From Selaginella moellendorffii (taxonomy: Eukaryota; Plantae; Lycopodiophyta), in NCBI RefSeq assembly GCF_000143415.4, contig NW_003314344.1, positions 795,279 to 859,278 on the forward strand: a stretch of DNA of 64,000 bases. The letters run 5' to 3'. The translations under genes and the position numbers were made by a program. The notes below the pieces were generated by a model that saw nothing but the letters and a program-made list of their open reading frames with translations, was not told the DNA's origin and did not search any database. Positions within the stretch are counted from its first letter, which is position 1; each line of letters starts with the position of its first letter. Below are positions 51,001 through 64,000 of this stretch, piece by piece.

Positions 51001-53421
51001 TTTCAGTCTCCGAGGCCAGTAAAACCTGGGATAGCGGTACGATTTTCCATTGTTCTTCTTTTCGTTGACACTTTACCTTTGAGCAGTGGAAGGGATGGAA
51101 ATGGCATTGGCAACTAAAACAGGGATGGTGCTGCCGTTTCCTCCCCTGTCAATTTCTTTCTCCCATGTCAACTATTACGTTGACATGCCTTTGGTATGAG
51201 TGCATTTAAGAATTTTCCTTTTGTTTTGACGCATATTCTGGATTGCAAAACAGGAAATGAAGAAGCAAGGAGTGTCTGACGACAAGCTGCAGCTGCTACA
51301 AGACATTACTGGAGCCTTCCGACCAGGAGTTCTTACGGCACTCGTTGGCGTGAGTGGTGCTGGAAAGACAACGTTGATGGACGTCCTTGCAGGCAGAAAG
51401 ACAGGTGGTTACATCGAGGGAAGCATCAATATCTCCGGGTTTCCCAAAAAGCAAGAGACGTTTGCTCGAATCTCTGGATACTGCGAGCAAAATGATATTC
51501 ACTCCCCATATGTGACAGTAAGAGAATCAGTTACTTACTCGGCATGGCTTCGTCTGTCTCAAGAGATTGACAGCAGAACCAGAAAGGTAATTTTTGCGTG
51601 GTCTTATTGTTCTTTTCATTCTCGTAATGGTGGCTGGATTAACTGCAGATGTTTGTTCAAGAAGTCTTAAATCTTGTGGAGCTCACTCCCGTCCAGAATG
51701 GTCTTGTTGGCCTTCCTGGGGTCAACGGGCTTTCCACCGAGCAGAGGAAGCGGCTGACAATTGCAGTGGAGCTTGTTGCGAATCCGTCCATCATTTTTAT
51801 GGATGAACCAACATCGGGATTGGATGCAAGAGCTGCGGCGGTGGTCATGCGCGCCGTCAGAAACACTGTCAAAACCGGCCGAACCGTTGTCTGTACCATA
51901 CATCAACCGAGTATTGATATCTTCGAAATGTTTGATGAGGTACGTAAGACCACATATATTTGCAACTTCTGAGGGAATGACTTGTGAATTGTGAAGCTCT
52001 TGCTGATGAAACGTGGAGGCCAAGTTATCTATGCAGGACCATTGGGAACAAACTCTTGCCATCTGATTGAGTACCTCGAGGTACTCCAAAAGTTAACTTT
52101 CTCTGCCTATCTGACTGACCTTTATGAAATATAGGCCGTCGAGGGAATTCCAAAGATTGGTGATGGCATCAATCCAGCAACTTGGATGCTAGATGTAACG
52201 TCTCAAACTGTCGAGAGCCAGCTGAGGATAGACTTCGCCACGATCTACAAGGAATCGTCGCTGTACAAGTAAGCGTTCAGAGTCTTGCATTACGGTGCCT
52301 TGAATCACAATCTAATACACAGGCGCAATGAAGATCTCGTGGAGGAGCTCAGCACTCCGGCTCCTGGTTCTAAGGACTTGTACTTCACGTCAACATTCTC
52401 CCAGACCTTTGTGGAGCAGTGCAAAGCATGCCTGTGGAAGCAGTACTGGTCATACTGGAGAAATCCTCAGTATCAACTTGTTCGCCTCTTCTTCACTGCC
52501 TTCGTCTCGCTTATGTTCGGGGTCATCTTCTGGGGCTGTGGATCCAAAAGGTACACGATCTCCTTTCTTCATTCTTGTTCGTCATACCAAACAAGCTTGC
52601 ATTGCAGGGATACTCAGCAAGACGTCTTCAACGTCATCGGCGTTTTGTATCTGGTAGTTCTCTTCGTAGGAGTGAACAATGCAGCATCTGTGATACCAGT
52701 TGTCGATATAGAACGCACCGTTTATTACCGAGAAAGAGCTGCTGGAATGTATTCTCCGCTGCCATACGCGATCGCCCAGGTACAAGAGTTCTTTCTTTTC
52801 TTTCTTTTCTCATGCGAGTTGACAATGGATTCACAGGTCGTTATTGAGGTCCCTTATCTCTTGACTCAGACAATAATCTTCGGGCTTGTAGTTTATCCAA
52901 TGGTCCAGTTCGAGTGGACAGTCGTCAAGTTCTTCTGGTTCATGTTCTTCTCGTTCTTCAGTTTTTGGTACTTCACGCTCTACGGGATGATGATCCTTGC
53001 TCTCTCTCCGAATGGACAATTCGCTGCCATTATTTCGTCGTTCTTCTATATCATGTGGAACCTCTTCTCGGGATTCCTGATTCCATACTCGGTAAGAGAA
53101 AGACTGGAAAATACTTACTTCGTTAACATGTTTTGCTTTGTACCGATACAGCAAATCCCCGTGTGGTGGCAGTGGTATTACTGGATTTCTCCCGTTGCAT
53201 GGACTCTATACGGCTTGATAACTTCCCAGCTCGGAGACGTGAAATCCTTCATGCAAATACCAGAGCAAGCACCAGTCCGAGTGGAGGATTTTATCAGGGA
53301 CCGGTTCAACTTTCGCTACGACTTTCTGGGCCTCATGGCCGGCGTGCATGTGGCATTTGTCATCCTTTCTATCCTCGTCTTCGCGTTTTGCATCAAGCAC
53401 TTCAACTTTCAGCGGCGTTAA
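48096..53421 (+). CDS. Full-size PDR/ABCG transporter with damaged 5' end (possible pseudogene)
   Basis: [17 protein letters not shown]; LLLGPPGSG; [13 protein letters not shown]; [14 protein letters not shown]; [23 protein letters not shown]; [38 protein letters not shown]; ends FNFQRR*. No in-frame N-terminus; frameshift near 48270. Confidence 0.93.
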
Positions 53422-53606
53422 ATAGATACCAGACTAGATTTCTATGCCTGCACGAAATGCAAGCTTCATTAATGAGGAAACAGGTTATCTTGTTTGCTGA
53501 CCTCGGTGTGAGCTCGCAAGATCACAGCCTGGGTTATAATGTGATTTGAGGGAGTCAAAAGAGCTGTATACTATCCTTTAGCCAACGGTTGCAAGTAGAA
53601 AAATCG

Positions 53607-56097
53607 TCATGGAGCCCAGAAAAAGTTGTAAACGTTTCTGCTCACTACACTGCTAATGGATTTGTTCTTGTTTAGAATCCCAAGCCCTGTCAAAAGATTC
53701 TTTTGTTTGGAAACATCTCCTTCCTGTCAACGAGATATAAGCCCAACTCCAAGAAAATAAACAAATCCTTACCAGCGCAGTGTATGCTTGAGCCAGAGCC
53801 AACACAGTTGGATACCTGTCCAGGATGGAAAGAGCTATGTCCTCCGTTACATGCCTTATCTGTAACAAACCACACACAGATAGATGATAAAGCGCCGAAC
53901 ACGGTCGACTTACTTGCATGAGTTGCACCCCGAACACATCTCTCACTCTTTCCTTCTCGACGTCGCTGCAGTGCTCCAGGAACTCCTGGTAGCTCATGCA
54001 TCGCTTGCTTTCACCAGACAAGCCACCTGTCTCACCGCTGTAACGCCTGTTGATTGCATTCGTAAGCTCTCCATATCTGCTTATTGTGTCGTGAGTGTCT
54101 CGTGTCCTCTGGACGTCGAATCCTTCAAGTATTTCGGTTGTCAGAGCTCTGGTTATCGATGATAAACGAGTGAGCCTCAAAGGAAACAAAAAACTCACGC
54201 AGTTTTAATGCTTTCCGCGCCGTCTATCAGATTTGGATCGCCCTCAATAAGATAAATTAACCGGGTTATCCCGCAGCGCTGTTCGCAATGAAAAAAGTTA
54301 CGCTTGGCTGAGCAATGAACGTCGCGCTTACCAATAGTCTTAGTTTCTGCGTCTTGTAACGAGTATCTTTGATTGACGACCACAGGTCATCGACCGCTTT
54401 CCTTTCCACGATGAAGTCCAATACAAACTCCTGCCTCGTGAGCTTGTTGTACGCCACCCACGTAGCGTCTCCAACTGGTAGATGTCTCACCTAAAAAACG
54501 AGGAGAGAAAAAACTCAAACACGAGCACACCACGCATATAATCAAACGCAGCTTACCTCGACATCCACTTTGTATTGTTGTCGCAACCGTTCGGCAAACA
54601 TTGACTTCGAAGTTCTGAAACTCAATGCTTAGAACCACCTCATAAGCATGGCAGGAACGACTTACCCCCTACCACCGCGTGTAAAGCATTCTCTGTCATC
54701 CAAAATCAAGATAACACTGTATACATTAGCGAAACTTTCGCCCTCACTCAGAGGAGGAACAGCAAGACAGGATTTTGTGCTGCCGATGCTTGCTCCAGTT
54801 CCTGCCGTGAAACAGACTTAGAAATTATCCTCCTGGACAAAAATAAAGGCCTACCCGTGACTGGTGTTGCCTGATCTGCAAAGTTGGTAAGAAACGAAAT
54901 AAAAGGTAAGGGACGATTGAGACATGCTATAGAACAAGCCATACCCGCACCATGAAGCCTAGTCTCATTCGATTTTATCTGCCGCTCACACCGCATTATG
55001 GTAGGTGCCTTTGCAGCAGCAGCAACAGCAGCATAAGTTGGACCTGGATTTCGGTTCACAGTGCAAACTGGAGAAGAACTCTGGTTTTGGGACGAGTTTT
55101 GATCTGCGGAAGGAGAAGCATTTGTAGGCTGGGCCTGACTAGAAGTCTGGTTTGATGTTGTGGAAGCATCCAGCAAACCACCTCTCAGGCAACACTCCTT
55201 TGCAGTTTCATGGCCTTCTTCTGTCAGCATGTACCTGTTGCAACACGCATTATCAATTCCAGTGAGGCCACAAAACATGGAGAACGTACTTCGCGGGACA
55301 ACTCGACTTGACAACAAGTCCTTTCGAGATAAGCGTCTTCATGGACGACCAGCCCGAGTACCAGTCCTTGGTAGAGTCACCAAATCGCCCACTCCCAGTT
55401 GAGTTTTTGTTCGATGGCCTGTCTACAGCTTGTGAGCTGACAAAAATACAGGAAAAGAAGGAAGAAAAAACAAGCCAATTCTTACTGAATTTGCATCTTA
55501 GAGAGTCCGCTAAGTTCTGCCGCGTCAATGAGCTCTTGCTTCATCATGTATGACTTCCCTTCGTTTAGAAAGCCTCTGTTCAAACAAAAGCAAAAAGAAT
55601 GGAAGTGATCGATGCATTTTAGAATTAAAGTACCCGTATAAAGTGATTAATAACGCATATGGTGCTGAATTCTTCTGTGGTAAATATCTTCTCGTTGTTT
55701 TCCTCTTCTTCGCTGCGTCAATCTCTCCTGGTCAAGAAAATCACAAGGAAAAAGAGTAGAAAATTCACATACATTGTGAAACATCCTCTTGAGAAGCGTG
55801 CTCCAAACCATCAGCGAAAAAATCCTTGAGCTGCTTGAGCATCCAAGCGCCAATTCCTCTGGAATGGCAACGATCGGACAAGAAAAACGCTAGAAACTCT
55901 GCCACTCACCTGACCTTGGCAGCCTCTTTGAGGGTACAAATCGGCGCCTTGTGATCGCACACATTCCTGTACGCCGTCGTGAATGTGGCATCCAGATTGT
56001 CGCTGAAGCTGGGCTTCTGCATCAGCTCCTCGCGCTTCCAGTAGATGTAGAGCGCCAAGCCCTCGTTCTGCTCGCACGCCACGGGCCTCGTCGCCAT
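53607..56097 (-). CDS. MUS81: Crossover junction endonuclease MUS81; multi-exon
   Basis: N-terminal HhH region (AYRNVCDHKAPICTLKEAAKV), winged helix (YLPQKNSAPYALLITLY, WYSGWSSMKTLISKGLV), ERCC4 nuclease LPVGDATWV..FIVERKAVDDLWSSIKDTRY..QKLRL..IYLIEGD, C-terminal HhH. Confidence 0.95.
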
Positions 56098-56214
56098 GGC
56101 TGCCAGGAACCCTAAACCCTCCCTTGGCGCTCAAAGAGACGAGCATATTCCAAAAAATTTGGTATTAAGTACCGTACAATTCCGATAGAGCAATAAAACC
56201 TCCTCTTTGTCTCT

Positions 56215-58491
56215 TTAATCCTCCTCATAGTCAAACTTGATGGAGTGTGAAGCTCCATCGATGGTACCACCACGGTAAGATCCACGCTTCTTCTTCGTTT
56301 TCTCGTGTCGAAAGCCCCTGGAGGAGGTGTTAAAACTTAGAGCAATGGAACTTTGTTAAAAACTTAGCTATGGAACTTACCTTCCTCTCACTTGACCGAG
56401 AACTTCCTGGGCCTTGGCACCCCATCCCGTCTCAGCACCACTCTGGCCACGAAACGAGCGCACAGATCAAAGACGTTTAACACAAGCTAGCCTGTGAGAG
56501 TTACCTTTGCCCAGTATGAATTGTCTTGGAGCCTGGAATCTACAAACTCGACCTGTAGAGCAGTGTTTAGCGTTAGCGTTCAATCGATTTGTTCTAGAAA
56601 GCCTACTTACTTGCGAGGAATCCACTCTCTGGAAAGCTTTCGGCTAGACGAAGAACACGGAGTTAGAAAAGAAACATGACAGGAACGGGCTTTCACGTAC
56701 CTTCTTACTGTCAGACTCGCTGCCGTTTTGATCCGCTGCACGACCTCGATTTTTCCTACGCTTGTCAGAAGATTCATCTTCCACTTTCGGGACCTCTGGC
56801 TCTTCGGGTGGCACAGTCGCAGAGCACTCCTTCAGTGGTTTCTCTTCCTCGTTCTTTTCCGTCCCCTTCTTTGCTTTCCTTTTCTTCGCCGGTGCCTCAG
56901 GTTTCTCGAGTGGCATGCTCCCAGCGTTCGCATTTCCGTTGGCATCCTCTTTCGCCTTTCTCGGCTTCTTTGTTTTCGGTATGTCCGCAAGCTCCGAACT
57001 CTCGACTAGGCTCTTCGTCTCGTTCACCGTCTTCTGTTTCTCAGGCTCCGTCTCAGTCTCAGTATCAGGACTCTTCTTCGACTTCTTTCCACCACTCTCA
57101 CGCTCCTTCTTTGCCTTTTTTCTCTTCCACTCAGTGTCGTGCTGTGATGCAATATCACCATCTGTGTTCTCCTTGCTCTCATTGGCCTTCTCAGACTCCC
57201 CGTCAATTTCCGAGTTCTTTTCTTTGGGCTCGTCAACCTCCGGTACATCCGGCTTCTCACCTCCAGTTTTTCGCTTCTTTTTCTTCGGCACCTCTTCCGC
57301 AACCTCGGGCTCCTTCATCGAATTCGTCTCTGCAAGCTCGGGAGCACTACTCAAGGCCCCCTCCTTTGTTTTCTTCTTTTTCGGCTTCCCGTCATGCTTT
57401 AGTTCGTCATCACCAACGCGCTGCTTGGTCTTCTTTTTGTCACTGTCCTCTTCGTTCTTCTTTTGCGCTTTATCCTTTGACTCTGCTACTTCTCCACTTC
57501 CGACCTCCTCGGGGACCTGCTCCCTATCCTCTTTGGTCTTCTTTGCCTTCTTTTTCTTTGGCACCTGCGCAACGACTTTAACCTGCTTCGTAGCGTCGTC
57601 ACTCACCTCCATCGGCATTTTCCCTTTATCCTTTGACTCTGCTACCTCTCCACTTCCAGCTGCCTCCTCGGGGACCTGCTCGCTCTCCTCTTTGGCCTTC
57701 TTCGCCTTCCTTTTCTTTTGCACACGAGCAACGGTTTCTACTTCATCGACTTTAACCTGCTTAGCAGCTTCGTCGCTCTCCTCCATCTTCGTTTTCATCT
57801 TATTTGGAACCTCAGGCTCTACTTCCTCAGCAATGGCTTGCTTAGCAACCTCTTCCTTCTCCATCCTTTTCTTTGTCTTCTTCTTCGGGACCTCCGGCTC
57901 AGCATTGTCTTGCTTAGCAACCTCTTCCTTCTCCTCCATCTTGATCTTCGTTTTCTTCTTTTTTGGTACCTCCGGCTCTCCTTCCTCAGCATTGGTGGCA
58001 GCCTCTTCCATCTTCTTCTTTGTTTTTGGTACCCCCGGCTCTACTTCCTCAGCAGAATTGGCTTTCTCAGAAGACTCCTCTGTCCTTTTCTTTGATTTCT
58101 TCTTTTTCGGTACCTCCGGCTGCTTAGCAACCTGTTCTTCCCCCTCCTTTCGATCGTGCTCTACATCCTCAGCTATACTCTGCTTGGCATCCTCACTCTC
58201 TGCCTTTTCACACTTTCCTTTCTTTGCCTTGTTCTTCCTTGGCACCTCAGCGTCTTGATCCTGCTCGGCCTCAGCCTCCGTGCTCTTCCTGGCCTTCTTC
58301 CTAGATTTGGAAGGCTTCTCCAAGCATGAATCTCCGTCCCCAGCTATCGGCGTCTCACTTGCATCGTCAGCTTTCTTCGTTTTCTTCGTTTTCTGCTTCG
58401 GCGCCTCCTCTAGAGCTCCATTCTCTAATTCCTGAGCTACCTTCTTCTTCTTCGATCGAGGCTTCTCCTTTGGATTCGCTCCAGCAGCCAT
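56215..58491 (-). CDS. Lys/Glu-rich nucleolar protein with SRP40/Nopp140 C-terminal domain
   Basis: Long K/E-rich exon with repeated EPEVPKKK units; small terminal exons give KAFQRVD, DSRLQDNSYWAK, GWGAKAQEVLGQVRGR, FRHEKTKKKRGSYRGGTID..SIKF. Confidence 0.88.
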
Positions 58492-58791
58492 TTCTCCGAT
58501 CAATAACAGTCTACACGAGGCCTACCTCCATTGCCGCGAATGCCGTCGCCATTGCATGCCCTAACTTAAACCCTAGCTCTTTTTCAAATCAGGCGATTAG
58601 ATTTGGTCCAACGACATCTCAACCGTTCGCTTCCCAGGGCGGGCGCACTCTTGGCTATGGCGAGTTGATTGAGAGAGCCGCGCCATAGCGCTCACATTTC
58701 TCTTCCTCTCAAGGTACTGGAGAATGTGAAATGAATCGACACTCGGCTATGAAAGTCCAAGAAATCGATTAGCTTCCAGCAAGAAAAGAGC

Positions 58792-59169
58792 ATGGAGAAG
58801 GCCGAGGATCAAAATGCTGTGAGTGCCACAAAGAGATCGATAGGAGAGCTAGAGGGCACAAGCGAGCTCCAGCCACATCCACATCCACAGCCAGGCGCTA
58901 CCACTACATCACAATCGCAAGAACTCGACCAATTCACAGGGCGCAAAGTGAGGAAGAGATTCGGCCGGAAGCTCTACAACGGTGAAGTAAGGAGCTACGA
59001 CAAGGAAACCAAGTGGTACTGGATCGTCTACGAGGATGGCGATGAGGAAGAAGTGGACTGGAATGATCTGGAGAAGATCTTGGTGCCACTGGAAGAAGAA
59101 CAACCAAAGATCACACCACCTCCAATTACTAACAAGCGTCCCAAGAAGAATGACTTCGTCTTTTGGTGA
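58792..59169 (+). CDS. Small Tudor-like domain protein (PTM/DIR17-type)
   Basis: GRKVRKRFGRKLYNGEVRSYDKETKWYWIVYEDGDEEEVDWNDLEKIL. Confidence 0.8.
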   Translation: MEKAEDQNAVSATKRSIGELEGTSELQPHPHPQPGATTTSQSQELDQFTGRKVRKRFGRKLYNGEVRSYDKETKWYWIVYEDGDEEEVDWNDLEKILVPLEEEQPKITPPPITNKRPKKNDFVFW

Positions 59170-59432
59170 CCAAGCTTTGGTTTTCGTTATTCTTTTCTTT
59201 TTTCTTTGTTTTTCTTTTTTTTTGTTCTTCCTGTAATGAAATGTATCTCTAGATCCCTCTGTACAGATTTTGTACCAAAATCACGAGCAGCGCAGCACAA
59301 AAGAGGCACAAAAACGAGACCTGTCGACTTCGAGGAGCGCTTACTTGATGAACCAACGAAAGCTGCCGCTGCTGCCACTCTTCTCGATCTTCTCGACGTT
59401 AGCTAGCTACGAACAATCGAAACGCTTCGTGA

Positions 59433-61202
59433 TCACGGCATGTAGGACGAGTATCTTCCCAGGTTCCCGGCTGATCCGGGTCTCTGTTGCTGGTTTCCAA
59501 GCAGTCCCTGTTGTTGCTGCTGTTGCCTCGAGCTCTGGCGGCCTGGAACGGGATCTTCCGTGTGAGCGTCGAGGCCTCGCAGCATATGAGGCTTTGGAAC
59601 TGCCAGTGCCTCGCCATCGTATTCCACCACCCTTTCCCAGTTCTCGTACGCGACTTTGACGAGCTTGTCCACGTAAACCTGTGGAAGACGAACTAAGTTT
59701 TGGCAAAACCGTAAGAGAGAAATGAGGATTCAGACCTTTTCGCTGTCGGACAAAGAATCTGCGGACACGTACTGGCCGTCGGCGATCAATCCCATCAGCT
59801 GGAAAATGTTGTTGAAAATGACTCCGATGTTATGTCTCTCGTCCGCATAGTAGACGTGAAGCTTGCCACTCAACACGCATGTCTTTGCGTGCTCCACAGT
59901 TCCTTCCCACATCTTGTTGGACATTCCATTTCCCAGCACCTGAGATTCAGCACAACGTTTTAGCTTGTCCACAAACTAAAAAAACTCTTCTAAGTAGAAA
60001 CAGAAGTAGCGCTTGCTTACATTGCGCAACTTTTGAGGGTCCATGACAACCATTCGCAGGAAATCTTCCACTGACTGTATCCCGTTTTGATTCAGCCGCT
60101 TGTGGAAAGCCCCGTCCTTTCCGATCTTATCCAGACGCCACACCTCGTCCGTTAATGCAGGTGGATAATGCTTCTTGTACACTGCACAAGAGCGCACGTA
60201 ACATCGGTAAGCAGCATGTCAAAACCAAACAAAAAAAAGAAACAGTTAAGTGGCCAACTTACGTTCCCCTCTGTGATCTTTCACTGTGAACGATTCTGTC
60301 TTTGCTTCTCGAATACGAAGAACTTCGCTGCTAGCTCCCGACATCCGGACCCCAAGCCTGAATTTCCTGCTCCTGATCCAGCTCGAGTTATCTGTGAAGG
60401 TGAGCTCCCCAAGCGCTCCCACCCCTTCCTTCAATGTCAAGTGAGCCTCTCCCGTAAGCAAAGGCCTCTTGCCTTCGCGCTCCTTGACAACATGGTTCTC
60501 AAACTCCTCCTGCGTCCAGTCATCCTCATCGTCAACACTAAAGTCGCCTTCCAGAACTACGATATCTAACTTTGCTGAAGCTTCGGGTCCAGTCGTGACA
60601 ACTTGACCTGTGGCTGCATCCTGGAGCACCACATGTATGCTCGACCCCTGCTCGCCTTCTACTTTGCTACCCGTGAAAAGCGGAAGCGCGAGCTTGTTTC
60701 TAAATTGCAACCTCAACATCTTGTCGTTCGGGCCGGGGATCTTCTTTGGAGGCGAAGCTCTGGAGTAATCCTCGATCAGAACTTCCACAAAATCTAGAGA
60801 AAGGAGATGAAAGATCTAGCACTTACTTTAGTCCCAGTTTTGAAGATGGGAATTTTGATAGAGCTCGTTCAACCTCTTCACCAACCTGATCTCACAGAAG
60901 AAAGGAAAAAAAAACTTTGATGTCAAGGCATCGAAACAGAAAAAAGAAAGAAACTCACAACTTTGCGGAGGAAAGGTTCCAGAGAGGTACACAGCTTTTG
61001 CATGCTATCCATCTTCACAGCTTCGAATATGACCCTGTTAGATAAGAAATGTTATTGCGAGATGAATTGGACTTGGTCATATCTTCTCTTACCCGGCAAG
61101 CGACTTTTGCCTCTTCTCTTCGGGCAATCCATCCCTGTTGCTGAAGCTGGCTTGCTTCTCCAGCGGCCTCTTCTCCCTCAGCGCATTCGGATTAAGCGTC
61201 AT
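59433..61202 (-). CDS. CBP60: Calmodulin-binding protein 60 (CBP60) family transcription factor
   Basis: [106 protein letters not shown]. Confidence 0.95.
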
Positions 61203-62155
61203 ACCTAGAATCTCTCCAATTGCCCCAGACCTGAGTCCTGACCACCAAGACACACGAAGAATCAGTCATTGCTGCGCGAAATTCACATCTGGATCCCCAA
61301 AACCCCCAAACCTTAGCGTGCGCTTTCCCGATCCTTCTCGGAATTGGGAAGAATTCCCTCCTCTCGCGTGAGCTTGCGCGCGAGCAGCGCCTCCGCAGAG
61401 ATTTTTGGCTGCGATGCGCGGAGAGGACGAATCTGAACCCTGCGAAGCAGCGCCCACGAAACCTCCTCCCAGCCTGCTGAAAATTTCCTCCACGCTTCCT
61501 CGCCGAAACTATGGCTACAATAATCCCAAAACCACAAAACCCCGCGCCCGTGTGAACGCGACATAAAGGCCGCGTGGGCGCGGTGAGCTGGCAGCGGGCA
61601 ACACAGTCTCCGCGTGCCACGGCGGCTCAGTCGGCGTAGGCGTGCGGCCAATCGCAATTCACCACGTCAGCCCTGCTGCCACGGTGGCGCCTCTGGAATA
61701 TTCTTACCGGGTCAAGTCAATCGCACACTCGTCTTACTCAACGCGGGTCTCCATCATAAGTGGCGAGGAAGTCAATCCTGTATCTTTCTCGCGATCGTAA
61801 TCCCTAACTTTTGTGCCAATTTTTCTGGGATAGGCCTCTCTAGCTGGATGGATTGATCGCCAATGTCAAAATTAAACTAGGCATGCCCAACACTTTGGAT
61901 GGAATCAAACGTCTCTCAAAGATTTGTATATCCTGGACTAAATTACAATCTAGAAACAACATCAGCGCAAGTTTTTCCACGTACGTAACATGGCGTATGT
62001 CTACTTTGTGAATGCGTCGTCAAAGCAAGCCGCGGATGGATGGAATATAACCTGGTGCCGGCGCCGTGAAACCATATATTCGATGCTTTGGAATAGACTA
62101 TAGAAAGCTCCCAAATTCTGGGAATCGGACAAAGAGAAAACTTACAAGCTTTTGT

Positions 62156-62988
62156 TTACGAGACGCGAGGGAAGAAAATGGCCGCGACCTGACTGCTTCC
62201 AAACACGATCGAGGTGACGAGGAGACCCAGCAATCCAAATGCATTCCAGATCCCCCTGAATCTATTGTTTGGATCGCCGGTGTAGTATCTACACAAAATC
62301 AAAGAAGATCAAGCCAAAAACTAGAACTTCTCGATCCAGATTTAAGTGATTTCACTCACCCGAGCGAATAGACGACGCGTCCAATCACCCATACCATTCC
62401 AAAGCTGCATCAATCCGAGAGAAGAAAAAGAGATTTTTTCACAGCCGATCGAGCTGAAACAAGGCTAGAGTTTCCAGAATACTCACACGGACGCGGTGAT
62501 CGGGTAGCCCAAGCCCGACACAAGCAGCAGCGCCAGAAATGCCGGGTAGCTCTCGAGCGTGTTTTGATGCGCTCGCTGGTAGCAATTAAACACAGATTTC
62601 TCGGCATCCTCGTACATCTGTGCCATGCATGCACGAAAAAGTTCAAGTTTGATCACTAGGATCACTCAAAAATCCCACCTGTGGATATTTCAATCCCACT
62701 TTTCGCCGCTGGATTCCCACCTGATCGATCGAATCAAGGAGCGCAGTCACTCGCGGGATCAATCAGCTAGAATGTAATGTAGATTCTCACCTGGACCGCT
62801 TGCCATTGCGTAAGAACAGCGCTGGATGCTGCTGTGAGCGCCACGAATCCAAACTCGGCGGGCAGTGGAAACGCCGCTCTCGCTCGCAATCTCGCCGCTC
62901 TGCTGCTGCAAATGCCAATGCCAATGCCATTCCTCGGCGGCTTCCTGGCGGCGCCGCATAGAGGAGAGACACTACACGCCATAGCCAT
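62156..62988 (-). CDS. MAPEG family microsomal glutathione S-transferase 3-like, with N-terminal extension
   Basis: [55 protein letters not shown]. Confidence 0.9.
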
Positions 62989-63087
62989 TAACTCACAACC
63001 CTCGGATCGCGCGTCACTAGCAACGGCTTGGGTGTGTGCACGTGTCACAAATGCGGCACTGCACACCTGGCCAACGTTTCTATACTT

Positions 63088-63104
63088 GGCCCATATTTAG
63101 GGTT
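63088..63104. promoter_or_regulatory. Site II element + telo-box upstream of RPL10
   Basis: GGCCCA (63088-63093) next to TTAGGGTT (63097-63104), the pairing typical of plant ribosomal-protein promoters. Confidence 0.65.
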
Positions 63105-63165
63105 CTTGGATCCTCCCTTCGTCGCTAGGAGAAGTGGGATTTCTCACTGCGGCTGCTGCGCTGCC

Positions 63166-64000
<835 letters not shown>

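Noticed and set aside
56762-58258. 498-aa Ser/Phe-rich plus-strand ORF and similar long antisense ORFs over the RLT, GT47 and lipase genes
   Set aside because: Shadow frames of K/E-rich or GC-rich coding sequence on the opposite strand.

Overview
Eukaryotic land-plant genomic DNA. Very short (~50-60 nt) GT-AG introns, tiny intergenic spaces and a PLS-type PPR remnant suggest the lycophyte Selaginella; this is inference, not tested. The window has three zones. (1) 1-22 kb is a rearranged mosaic of pseudogenes and repeats: three decayed, intron-containing PWP2/UTP1 fragments, each within copies of one composite repeat (the copies at 1-2936 and 13545-16622 form an inverted pair); a degenerate Ty1/copia element with a 121-bp LTR; a second copia RNaseH+LTR remnant; a PPR pseudogene; AT-rich repeats; and a decayed Crinkler-type NTPase + PD-(D/E)xK nuclease gene. 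(2) 22-38 kb holds a homeobox-DDT (RINGLET-like) gene, a GT47 KATAMARI1/MUR3-like gene, an internally deleted ASCH-gene paralog, and a 5-kb AT-rich island with a MITE and microsatellite-linked direct repeats. (3) 39-64 kb is a densely packed gene run: ASCH-domain protein, OBERON-type PHD protein, Di19 (with a U12 AT-AC intron), class-3 lipase, a damaged PDR/ABCG transporter preceded by an aspartic-protease-like 5' fragment, MUS81, SRP40/Nopp140-like protein, small Tudor protein, CBP60, MAPEG/MGST3 and RPL10 (runs off the end). The best leads are the Crinkler NTPase-nuclease relic, a toxin-like C-terminal domain on the ASCH protein, the gene-fragment-carrying composite repeat and the chimeric ABCG locus. 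No rRNA, tRNA or CRISPR array was seen. All family calls are motif recognition by eye; no database search was run, and pseudogene and repeat boundaries are approximate.
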